Origin: Parasteatoda tepidariorum
Lineage: Eukaryota
Reading direction: 5' to 3'
Assembly: GCF_043381705.1 (NCBI RefSeq)
Contig: NC_092214.1
Span: 2,460,096-2,504,847 of the forward strand
DNA length: 44,752 nt
The notes under the pieces were generated by a model. It ran no database searches. It saw only the letters and a list, made by a program, of their open reading frames with translations, and had not been told where the DNA came from. Below are positions 1 to 11,876 of this stretch, one piece after another. How positions within the stretch are numbered: the first letter of the stretch is position 1; every line of letters starts with the position of its first letter. A program made the position numbers and the translations under genes.

Positions 1-562
1 AATAAATACAAGAAAACACGAAGAAAGTTAAGAAAAACAATAAGTTTCATTTATTGCGCATAAGCTGCAAGTAAACAGAACTCCTTAGATAAGTTCAAAA
101 TGAAGATGAAACAAAGAAAAAGTATAGACAGATGAAAAAAGTGGGGGAATAATAATTTAAAAAAATAACAAATAAGTGATTAAAAAGAAAAAAGGATGAA
201 AATGTATTTAAAAAAACCGGGGAAAAAAAGATATAATCTTTTCATCAGCACACACGATTATATCCGCAAAAAAGAGTGCTTTCTGATATTGTATCAATAT
301 AGCCAAAGCAAAATATATTAATACAATAGTGTGAGGAGCACTCAAAAAAATTTTTTGCAAAAATTACAACAAATTAAATAGAACACAATATGTAAAAATA
401 ACCCGTAAAAACAGAAAATAAAATAAAATTAAGAGAAGAAACAGTATAGCACATAAACTATAAAGCGAGTAGCGAAATCAGATGTACTTACATGAACAAG
501 AAATTTTTCAATAATGATTTAAAAATGTTTTCGCAACAAGATTACCAGATTACAAAATCATC

Positions 563-629
563 TTTTTTTTTTTTTTTTAATCAGTTGCTTGTTATTTTTT
601 AATTATTATTCCCCCCCCCTTTTTTTTTT
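563..629. repeat. Homopolymer tracts T16, C9 and T9
   Basis: Direct reading. Confidence 0.9.
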
Positions 630-2418
630 CATTTGTCTATAATTTTTCTTTGTTTTATCTTCATTTTGGAGTTATATATATATATATATATACACACAGT
701 GCTCAGTGAATTCGAACTTGCAATTTTAACTTCATGATCCAAATTGTTTTAGAATTAATATAAAATTTTAAAAAATAAATTGTTTACCTGTAAATTATTT
801 ATCTCTCATTGAACGGGTTTTTTTTTTTTTAATTCCGTTCGGTGTGATATTTGAAACCAAGAATTTTCCCCATTGGTCATCAATAAGACCATATATTTCT
901 TCTGCGGGTGGGTGAGTTAGGGATGATTTGGTAGCAGTTTTCACCAAAGAAGTGTTAAAAGCTCACTTGAAATAGAAATTTTTTTTGGAATTCAGACACA
1001 AAAAAAAATTATCTTTTTTTTCAAATTGTAAATTTAACTACGCAGATATTGAGTGAAAAATTGCAATATTAGAAAGGGCCTTTCATTTATAAAATGTGAC
1101 CCCCAATCAAACAATATATAAGGTTCCCCGGTTCTGTGGTTCCTGTATCTAGTGCTCGCCGTAACATTTTTTAGAATGTTATCAGGGGCGCCGCGAACTT
1201 AAATTTTAGAGATGGAAGAAATTCCCCTTTTCCCGAATGAAATTTCGAATTTGACCGAATCATAAACAAGTATGTAATTCAATGTTGCTATTTTCGCAAT
1301 TTCCCCCCTCCGTCCGTTAAAATTGTGATGGAATCTCTTGTGTTTAATTCGTGGTTTGTGGAAATTGTGATGGAATTCTATAATTTTTTGAAGATGTTAT
1401 GTACTATACCAACAATCTTACCAAAAAATTTACATTTTAATTTCAAAACCAAAAAATGCAGTAAATATTATATTTTATCTAAATTAAATTTGCACAAACA
1501 TTGCATACGAGATAACATTGCACATAATTGCATACGAGAAAGAGAAGAATAAAGATAAAAAATTTTACATTATCTTTTAAAAGCTGCCTTTAGTATTAAT
1601 GATCAAAATTTGACTACAATCAATTACTCTTTTGAGAATGCTGCTATAACAGAATAGAATTTTGTTTAAAACAATTTTATTGCTTGTATTTCTATATCGC
1701 TTATTATATTATCTGTTATGAAATAAATAGGTTTAAAAAAAAAGTAGGTGCAATATGTAAACAATTTTAAAAAAAGAAAATTTTAAAACAATTAATCAGG
1801 TACTGTAGTCAAGTTTCTAGTATTGCTGAATTAGCCGTAAAAAAAAACTATATTATTCGTTTAGTAATAAATACAATGCTAGTATATAAATACTCAAAAG
1901 CTCGTGCTTAAAAATGCTAAAACAAAATTACTTCCGATATCTTGAAAACTTAAAAGAAACCACCAAACTTTAAATACATCTGTTTTCATAATACTTAAAC
2001 ATTACTATAAAAATTTTCTAACATTATATCTTATTTAAATTTTATTAATGAACATATCATATCTGCCAAACCCCCTTTTCTAAGATTCTGAAGATTTATT
2101 ACGAATTTGCAGAATAAATTACACTCTGCAGTAGTTACGAATGAAAAAAAATCTCGACAAACATAATTTCATAACTTAATTATTTTATTTTGAAACAAAA
2201 CACGACATAAAAATTAACTTCACTCAATTATAAAAGCAATTTATTCTTACCGTCATTGTTTAAATAAACATATCGATAATCTTTTGGTAAAATACAAGTT
2301 AGGAACACATATTTGTCATAAATAAAATAATTTGTATTTTTTATTCCAAAAAACAGGAGTCGTACTATGTGCTAAAATTTTATTTAATATTATTTTTAAA
2401 TAAAAAATGAATTCCAAA

Positions 2419-2823
2419 ACTTTACAGTCATTTCATGTTGTTTAGAGTTTTTTTTTTCCCTTCAATTGCAATTTTTTGCTTACGTACAGCTATATTTCAC
2501 AGCAAGAAACTGAGGAATCTTTGCTTTTTTGAAAGGTTTTATAAAATGGTCAGCAAGAGCTAACAATGTGTATACCACATGAACACACACACAGCGGAGA
2601 TGAATCACACAGGTACGCGTCTCTCCCCAAACTTCCCAAAACAACAAACAAGAGGACTTTACAGCCATTTCATACAGTTTTTTTCCTTTAAAGGCAAGTT
2701 TTTGTTTACTTGCAACTATATTTCCGAGCGATAAACCTGAGAATCTTTAAATGCTCTTTTGAAAGATTTTATAAAATGATCAGCAACAGTTAATAATGCG
2801 TATATGACACAGATACACACAGT
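2419..2823. repeat. Tandem duplication, two copies of about 237 bp at roughly 80% identity
   Basis: ACTTTACAG(T/C)CATTTCAT...CAGCAAGAAACTGAGGAATCTTT...TTTTATAAAATGGTCAGCAAGAG...ACACACAG recurs with substitutions at 2419 and 2656. Confidence 0.7.
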
Positions 2824-4261
2824 AGGGTCAAATCGAATAATTTTATTTTCAATAATTGAAGTAAATTAGATAATTTCTGAGCTCAAATCTGCCGTATTTC
2901 ATAAAAAATTGATGTTATTAAGTAATTCTGGTGGGTTCGAAGTGAAAATTTATTTTAGTTATTTAGAGATACGTTGTTAAAAAAGGTGGCATGGTTGCTA
3001 AATTTTGAATAATTCCCTTTTTTTGGCAGTCCTGATTTGGCCTCTTTCTATTTGTTTATTACTGTTTGTTCTTGTTGCAAGCTGTGCAGCATCTCTCGTT
3101 ATTGTTAGCACCTTTAGCATTGTAAATACAAGTACCACGTTTGCTAGAATCTCAAAACACAACGATCACGTTGTGAGGCAAATGGCTTTAAAATACACCA
3201 GAAACAGTAACCCGGAAGTATAGGCGGTATGGAGCTTGCAGCGTTCTCTAGTGTAGACGTCTCGGCTGCTGAGCCAGGAGCTTTAGTGCAACGTAAAGTA
3301 CCTACCTGCCTATTAAGTTATGAATCTGAATCTGGCAAACTGTATTAGTGGGCGATTTATCAGTGTATTTCATCATGAATTTTGAATTTGTGTAAAGTAT
3401 GTTTAGTTGGTTTTTGTATTTAATGTAAATTAGTTCTGCTGAAACGTTCCATTTGTAATAATAATTTTTATTTATTTGTTTCTAAGAATGTATTTCACAG
3501 AAATGTATAAATATTTTTGCGCTATGTTTCTATAAAATAATAAAAACATATAGACGGCAGATCTTTTTTGTGGGGATAATTTTGTAATGAAGCGCAGTTT
3601 TATTTATTTAACTTCGATATGAACGCCGTTATTGATGCGTCAGTTTCAGTTATTATTTAAATGATAAAAATAATTTAAAATTGAACCGCGTAAAAATGCT
3701 GAATGAAAGCGTAATTTTTTTGAATAATCATTTCGGCTAAAAGTTACGGACAAGCTAATCTTGTATTGATATAGCGAAATTTAAATTTCATAGCATTTTT
3801 ATTCTCTAATTTGTAGGATTAACATGATATGTTTGTAATGTGAAACTACCTTCTTATATTTTAGTTAGGTACAGCTAAAGATATTTATCCTCAACTCTTA
3901 GTAAATTTAAATATTAAATTGTCACTTTGAAGAAATATATCCTCTTTTTCACTGCTGTATTTTTTCAGATTGCTATTAATTTTGTTTCAATTTTTTTACT
4001 TGGTCTACAGATGTAGCAAGTTAACTCCGATTTTCATAAATAGTATCTTCACTTTTCATTTATTCCTATAGTAACCCTCAGTGGTCTGATTCTAAGGCAG
4101 GGCGCTCAGTAAATTACCAAAGTCAAGCATTTCTGGCAGTGGTGTTTATCCAGGTAGATGTCCACTTTAGTCAGCCTGTGAAAGAATTGAGGGTGTATGG
4201 TATCAATTCCTGGTTAAATTGTTCTACTTGTCATCAAGACTGATTTCTGCCTATTTCTAAA

Positions 4262-5345
4262 CCATAAAGCAATTTAGATGAAATATACAAATTATATTTT
4301 AAAATGTAAAATGAACTGCATTATGTTTTTTTAGTTATCATAGGACAAATGGTGTACTTAAGAAAATATATCTTGAAATTAAAATGATAACAATTTGTTT
4401 TCTAGTTAATTGTAATTACTGTCCTTCGTTGTAATTACTATCCTAGTATACAAAAGCCCATTTCAAAATATAAAACAATAATGATTGTGCATTTGCTTAC
4501 AAAATGTCTTACTTAAGGCAATTTAAAAAATATAAGTGATACCAAGATGTTTTTACAAAGAAAAAATTTTCTATATTTCTTAAAAGTTCTAGATGTAATC
4601 TCTTTTTTAAAAGAATATTAAATCAGGTCTCCCGCAGATTATGAAAAACCTGGAATTGTCGTGGTATGATATGTTAACTCTAAACAGCAAAGAATAATTG
4701 GGAAAGATGCTTTTTTTTTTTTTTTTTTAAATCTGGAAAATTTCTATATCATACCTGGAAAATAACCAGTCTTAGAATTGTCAGTAACAGTTATCAGTTA
4801 TTGAAATTAGAGTTAAGTAATTCTAGCATTTATTATTATTTATAAAATTCTTCTTTTTAGTGAAACTTTTCCAGATTTCCAATCTCATTCTATTATATGT
4901 TTTTGCTTCCAAAATCTAATATTTGATATAACAAATTAAAAATTCAAAGTCATCTGATGAAAAACTGGATGGTATAGATAAAATATCGTATGGATTTACA
5001 TTGAAATTTACCTGATATACCTGGAAAAGTCGCGAAATCTTTTTTTCTGAAATTGCATGGGAACCCTGTTAAACTTTCAACTAAATACTATTTAAAATGT
5101 TCATTTATTTATTAATTATCGATAAATAGACGGAAAAAAAATTTATTTGTTCGTTTTAAAACATCTAAGTAAAGGGACAGTAAGTATATTTTTCCAATAA
5201 ATTACAATTAAAAACTGTTACTGAATTCTTATTTTTAAAGTTTTTTCATTGCTGGTCACTTAAATGCATTAATGTAAAAATGATCAACATGAAGTTAGTT
5301 ATGTGGTGAATTTTTCGTAATTAGCCTAGGCAAAAGTTAACGTTA
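4262..5345. repeat. Copy A of a dispersed or segmental repeat shared with 7683..8395
   Basis: Co-linear blocks include CAAATGGTGTA(C/G)TTAAGAA, ..TTGTAATTACT..GTATACAAAAG.., TGCATTTGCTTACAAAATGTCTTACTTAAGGCAAT and ..TTAGGCAAAAG(T/C)TAA(C/T)GTT(A/T)T(G/A)AGAAAATCACC. Identity is about 70-75% with indels. Confidence 0.6.
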
Positions 5346-5519
5346 TGAGAAAATCACCTATATACTTTAGTGAAATTAAATGCACATGTCTTTTTGTTGC
5401 GCATGGTATGCTCATTTGTATTTTTCAGTGTATGAATTCTTTATGTGCCTTACAATGTACGAAAGATTATCAATTTTTATTTTAAATATAAATTTTTCTT
5501 TTAAAATGTATGAAAAAGA

Positions 5520-5808
5520 TAATTTAAGATTTCAATGAACATGCAGAAATGTTCATTAAAATTATGTACCATGATCACATCAAAAACAACCAATATCTAC
5601 ACTATGCATTCAGATTTTGTTTAATATGTTTAATATTATAATATATATTATATGTTTATGTTTTGTATTTGTCATAATGTAAATAATTTAAGATTTCAAT
5701 GAATGTATATAAAGTTCATTAAAATTAAAAATTATGTACAAATTATTGCATGAACCAATAACTACAATATGCATTCACATTTTATTACTAAATGATTATA
5801 TGTTTAAT
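5520..5808. repeat. Tandem duplication of about 164 bp (TAATTTAAGATTTCAATGAA...ATATGTTTAAT)
   Basis: The copies start at 5520 and 5684. Confidence 0.7.
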
Positions 5809-6906
5809 CTTTCTTTTGTAAATAACAAAACTTTTACCAACTAAAATATTAGCCAACAAAAATAAGATTCAGAAATATAAAATAAATTTTTGTATTGGTC
5901 ATAATATAAAATATAAACTTAATCTCAAGTGTCATGAATATTTCATTAATCTAAAAATCAGAAAGTCTCTTTTTATTGAAATATCTAATCGTAACAAACT
6001 TTTTGTGCATTTTAGTCCCTAAAGAATTTAACAGTTTGAACTGATCTTCTAATCTAAAATCAGAAAATATTCTTTCTAGTCTAGCTGCAAAAAAGAAGCA
6101 GTGAATAATTGAGTAATTGGACTAGATGTTTTGGCTTTCCACTGATATTTTAAATTAATGTAATCAGGGTTGAGGTTTTGGACAGGACACCTGGGTTTTA
6201 CTGTCATAAAGTGTCCACAACCTTGAACATTGGTAAAAGGTAAAAATTCTATATGTGTAACCATTGTACACATAATAATTACATATATTAATAAATATTT
6301 GATACGTTTTTATACAATTTGCTTTTATTAAAGGAAAATAATATGATATAATAGAAAAACATTTAAAATTGACTGCAATTGTCCATTCATTGAACAAAAA
6401 AAAGTGAATACCTTATCCTTTAAATATGAATAAATATGCTTTGAATACTGATAAATTATGTTTTTGCATAAGGTTCAATATTGCAATATTAAAAATAAAC
6501 TTTTTTAATAAAACCAAAACTTGTCTTCATTTTGTTTCTAGTTAAAAAATTAACATTTTATTTTTTGCAATATTTTTTTTAAAATTATGACATAATTTCA
6601 GGGCCAGACTTAGCGTATTTGGTCCCAGGACAAAAACTTCTTTGGGGACCCCCTCTGCTTCTCTACTTCAGTGATGAAGAAATAAACTTTATGGAGATAC
6701 TTAAATTTTTCACCTCATTATAGATAACAAGAAATTTGACTCGAACCTAAAATAAGTATAAGTCCCTCCCCCTCCAATGGTCAAACAAAATATCGTTCTG
6801 TCCATTTTATTGATTTTCTATCAATTCTATGTCTATCATGCCGAATGTAGTTTTCTGATTGTTAACTTGGTCGTCTAGCTGCGGAAAATTCATATCCTTG
6901 CTGACA

Positions 6907-7076
6907 TTAGAGCAGAATTCGGCTGAATTTTCGCAATAACGATGACTCAATTAAGCCAATCAGAAGCCTGTATTTTTGTAAACATATGGCAAAATGCGAT
7001 CTGTAAAAATACAGGTTTTTGATTGGCCAAATTTGTCTTTCGTAATTGCAAAAATTTAGCTGAATTTGCTCTAGAA
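6907..7076. repeat. Foldback inverted repeat of about 170 bp, MITE-like hairpin
   Basis: The left arm 6907..6985 is about 80% complementary to the right arm 7004..7076. Matching blocks are TTAGAGCAGAATTCGGCTGAATTTTCGCAATAACG / CGTAATTGCAAAAATTTAGCTGAATTTGCTCTAGAA and GCCAATCAGAAGCCTGTATTTTTGTAAAC / CTGTAAAAATACAGGTTTTTGATTGGC. The loop is about 18 nt. Confidence 0.6.
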
Positions 7077-7682
7077 AGCCATGGATTTACGAAATATAGA
7101 TTGTGTTCATACGATAGATTAATGAAGATGCTAACATAAAACTGACGAATTTTACACTGCACTGATATTTTGTTTAAAAAAAGTTAATTTAAGAAGGAAA
7201 CTTAGAATAAACTTTCTATTCGATTTGGGGCCCCCCTCTGATGTGGGTGCCCGGGGCAACTGCCCCTTATGCCTCTGCCTTAGTGAGGCTTTGCATAATT
7301 TAAGTAAATAGGTTTTGGATAGTTTAAGGCATAGGGGTTTTAGATAGGACAGTTTAAACTGTGGATTAATCCATTCTGTCCTGAACCTTGCCAACTCTGA
7401 ATGTTATGATATTTTGAAAATGCAATAAGTAGTTTTAATGGAATTATCGTGTTTTCTTGTTACTTGTATTATGAATTGCATAATTTGGAATATTTGCACA
7501 ATTACTTTAACCTTTCACACCACTGACAGCTGTGTAGTGCCATCCAGAAGTCACCATTTTGAAATTTAAAGTTTTTGTATCTCAATATTTTATTACCACA
7601 TTACTTTATGATTATTAGCTGATATAAAGTAATATTGCATCCTATGTTTAAAAAATGCACCAAGGTCAATTTTTACTTATTT

Positions 7683-8395
7683 CCAAACCAGAAGCAGTTA
7701 AGATGAAATATTCAAATTATTTTTTAAAATATAAAGCTGACAATATCTGTTATGCTATTTTTTTTCAATTATTATAAAGCAAATGGTGTAGTTAAGAAGA
7801 ACAATTTTTTTTTTTTGAAATTAAAGAAACAATGGTTCTTTTCCAACTTTTCTCATTACTGTTGCTCTTTGTAATTACTCACTTGGTATACAAAAGTATA
7901 TTTTAAACTAACAAACAAGAGTTTTGGTTTTAAAGCATTATGTATTTGCTTGCAAAATGTGATCTTACTCAAGGGAATATAAAAATGTAAGAAATACAAG
8001 GATGATTTTAGGATGAAAAAGTAAAATTCACTTAAAATTTTTTAATATTTCTTCAAAATTCTATATATAATAAATTTTTTTTAAAAAAATTAAATTTTCA
8101 TTTAAATAGTGTTTAAAATGTTTTCTTTCATTTACTTGTTAATTATTGATGCTTAAAAAAAATAAAATGTTTCCTTCAAATTTTCAAAGCTTTTAAGTTA
8201 TTTGACAGTAGTTACATTTTCCATGCTATTTCAATTTAAAACTCAGTAAATTTATTTTTTAAGTTTTTTCATTTCTCGTCATTGATTTATATATTTGAAT
8301 GTAGGGTCAAAATGTAAAATTCATCCACATTAAAATAGTTTTGGGATGAAGTTTTCCTAACTGGCTTAGGCAAAAGCTAATGTTTTAAGAAAATC
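7683..8395. repeat. Copy B of the same repeat, same orientation, about 3.4 kb downstream
   Basis: See copy A. Confidence 0.6.
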
Positions 8396-11300
8396 ACCCT
8401 TATTCAAAGCTCTTTTTAGTTCATTTTAATAAAAATAAGTGTTTTTGAGTCTTCATTTTAGTAATAAAGAGCCATTTAAATCTTATTAAATTTAAAGTAT
8501 TTTAATACTTCAAATAATTTTTAAAAATAGCTTAATGATTTAATTTTATTTTTAGAAGTAGGGTTGTTATTTTTCTAGACTTGAGAAACTACAGGTTCTA
8601 AGGACCCAAGACTTCCGAATTTCAGCAGAACGTTTTAAATTTTCTCAAATGACAAAAAAAAAAAAATCACTTCAAGTGATGTTTCAAAAATTTGGAAAAG
8701 AAATAAAAAACTTAAGAAAAAGAGAGAGAAAGGTAGTCTCCAAGATGGAAAAAATTCAAAGTGATGTATGATATTTTGAAGAGGATCAATTCTCTACCAC
8801 CTCTTTATCCATCTATCAATATTCTCAGCTATAAGGATTTCATTAATTGAAAGACAAAACAAAGAACTTCAAAAAAGAAAAGAAATTTGAAATATTAGTT
8901 TTTAATTAAAATTTATCAAACTTTTGCCTCAAGGAAAAACAGCCGTGTTATTTAGTAATCTGAATCCTTTTCTCTTTTTAATTTAAAAAAAAAAATTCTT
9001 TTTAATGTTTAGATTAATTTTGCCTGCATAAAGATGGAAAATTAAGCTTCCAAGAGGGTATGTCACTCTTCTTTTTGGCCTATTTGACGTGTTACAACAT
9101 GTAAGCAAAACAGCTGGTGGTTTAAAAAATTTAATTTGAATAATGGTTTGAACTTTAATTGATCTTAATTAAAATTAAAACACTTAATGTTGTGAAAAAT
9201 GTCTAATAACTTTCATAATTGAAATCCTTAACTATCAGAAAAATAGGATAAGGTATAAAAATTTATTTATTCATATTATTTGATACAAATATTTATCAGA
9301 AAGAATTTATTTAACAAGTCAATTACTGGTTTAAAATGTCTTAAGAAATAGTATTAAGATTTTATTTAAAATTTTATCCATCTCTTAATATGTATGGGCA
9401 ATAAATTTTAGTTGAACACAATTTTTAAATGAAATAATAGCATAAAGATTTATTTTAAAATATATTTTTGAATATTCATGTTTTAAAATTTTTTCACACT
9501 TTATTAGTATTATTATGATATGTTAAAATTTTGGTCAAAAAATTGAACAATTAAGTTTAAATTGGAATTATTTTAAATCTGCATAAAACTAATTTACAAT
9601 AAAAGATAACCTCAAATTTTATTGTACAATTTAAAAAAAATGTTGGCAAAACATAAATTTCAAGCTATGTTTAGGCCTTGCAACTTTGGATATGAAGGGA
9701 ACCGTAATAATATTTATTTCATTAGATATTTTTATTTATTACTATAAGTAATTTATTACAACACCTTGTGTTTCGGAATTACTCTGTGTTTGCCATGTAT
9801 TTCACTTTTTCATTTGACAGAATAAAGTTATAAAAAAATAGTGCTGAATATTTAACTTATTTATATCTTCAACAAATTAAAAATTGAAATTCTTTTATTA
9901 AAAAAAATTCTTATATTAAAATCGAAATATTCTTGAGATATTTTATTACAATGCCCTCATTATATTTCACCTTTTAAATTTTATGTAAAATATTTGAAAG
10001 GTAAATAAAATTTAAATTATTAATCATTAAATTTTAATTAATTGAATAAATGTATTTAATTAGTGGTAAAAGAGTACTTGAACACATAAAAGTAAAAAAC
10101 AAATAATTACTTATACAATGATCAGAATTAATCCCAAAACTGGTTTTTTCTTTTTTTTTTAACAATCATATAAGATTTGAATTTACAATATTTTAATTAT
10201 GTCTTGATTTAGGAAAGTGATTTACTTATATGGTTTACCAATTGTATTGCATAACTATTAAAAAAATACTCGTACGTATATATGTAATTAAATTGTTAAC
10301 AGGTTTTTAAAAACTTATTTGTAGACCATGGGGGAAAAATGGTTTATGTCAATAAAAGTTGATGCTAAAAAAAGAAAAAAGTGATTAATGCAGAGAAAAG
10401 AAGGGTTTTTCCACAGTGCGACCCATCTTCACTGTGTAGTAACTCTCGGGGATAATCGATTTTACATGTTATTAATTTGTCAAAACTTAGTATTTCTCAA
10501 AATGCAAAAGATGGCAATCCAATAGTCATTTTTTTGTTGTTAAAAATGAACATAAACCCTTCTTCCTTTATATTCATATGTTTTTGTTCTATAAGAAAGA
10601 CAATCAACTTTCTATAAAATTTTGCTTTTTGAAAATAAGATATTGCACAGGTAAAGAACCTTTTACTTGTATTTTAATTCTTCTAATTTCTAATGAAAAA
10701 AAAACTAACAAAAATAAAAATCTCAATATACTTTGATGAGGAAAAAAAAAACTAATAAGTAGTCTTGAGTAAATTAGTTCTAAACAAAACAGGCTTAGGA
10801 ATAGCAATTTAACCCAGTGATGGTATTAAATACTATATATTATAAATAATAAGAAAAACTTACCTTTTATGATTTGGGGAGGATATTTCAATGTAGGTAC
10901 CTGTCCATACTGCTAAAAATGTTTAAGTAAATATTTTATCTCTTAACTACCAGCACATTTATATAAATTGTCGTTATAAGCTTTTATAGACAAAATATGT
11001 TGTGGATCCCTTGATTTTACATTTTTGATATCCGAGGAATATTAGAAAGCTATAGATGTTTTATATCATTCTTTGATGCTAGACTGGATATTCTGCTAAT
11101 ATTTTTGAAATGTTTTTGGACATAAATTTTTGATATCATTTTGTGATATTTAAATGATATTTCTCTAATAATTGTAAAATCTGTCCTGTTTTAACTTTAA
11201 CTGTATTTTTTTCACTTAATATGATGAAATGTAATGCTGTAAATATTGAAATAAAAATTTCTTTGTGAAAGAACTGAATAAATGATATTGTGGTAACAAT

Positions 11301-11853
11301 CTAAAAAGAAAAAAAAGTCACAATTTATTTCTTGAAAATTCCAAATATCTATTTGATATCATTAAGATATTATATAATTGTTTGTGTTACTTGGGTCTTA
11401 AAATTTGTAAAAAAAAAAAAATAATAATAATAAAAATAAAATTTTCTTAAAAAACTAAGCATCTAGATAGTAGCACGTAAAAATGCATTTATCATTATCA
11501 GTGAATTCAGCAATAAGTTGATACTTTTAAACATTATTGCAACTAGTTCAGAGTAATTGTCCACTCATTCTTAGATTCAGGATATTGATACAAATGGCTG
11601 CTCCATTCAAATCTAAATACTGCTCCATTCATAGTGAACTTAATACTATATTTTTTGATCGCTAAACTATTTATATTCTTTTAATAATTAGTTAAATTAC
11701 TAGAAATTAATATAAAAATGTATTGTTTCGAGTTGGATGTAGTGTATTATTCCTTTATGATTAATATAAAAAATTTTGATTGTTATAAAGCTTTTTGTTT
11801 CTGTGGTTTTATTTTATTTCATTAGAACAAGCAGTAGAAATGGGTAAACAAAA

Positions 11854-11876
11854 AGTGTGTGTGTGTGTGGGGGGGG
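11854..11876. repeat. (GT)7 followed by G9
   Basis: Direct reading. Confidence 0.9.

Noticed and set aside
4069-4190. Exon-like GC-richer block with a 27-codon open frame (NPQWSDSKAGRSVNYQSQAFLAVVFIQ) between a TATAG acceptor-like site and a CCAG|GTAGAT donor-like site
   Set aside because: It is too short, it is not phase-linked to any other candidate exon, and it sits at the edge of the duplicated repeat copy A.
10418-10447. CACAGTG-12bp-CACTGTG palindrome resembling paired RSS/Transib-like heptamers
   Set aside because: No nonamer, no second terminus, and no transposase nearby. A 7-bp inverted repeat is expected by chance at this scale.
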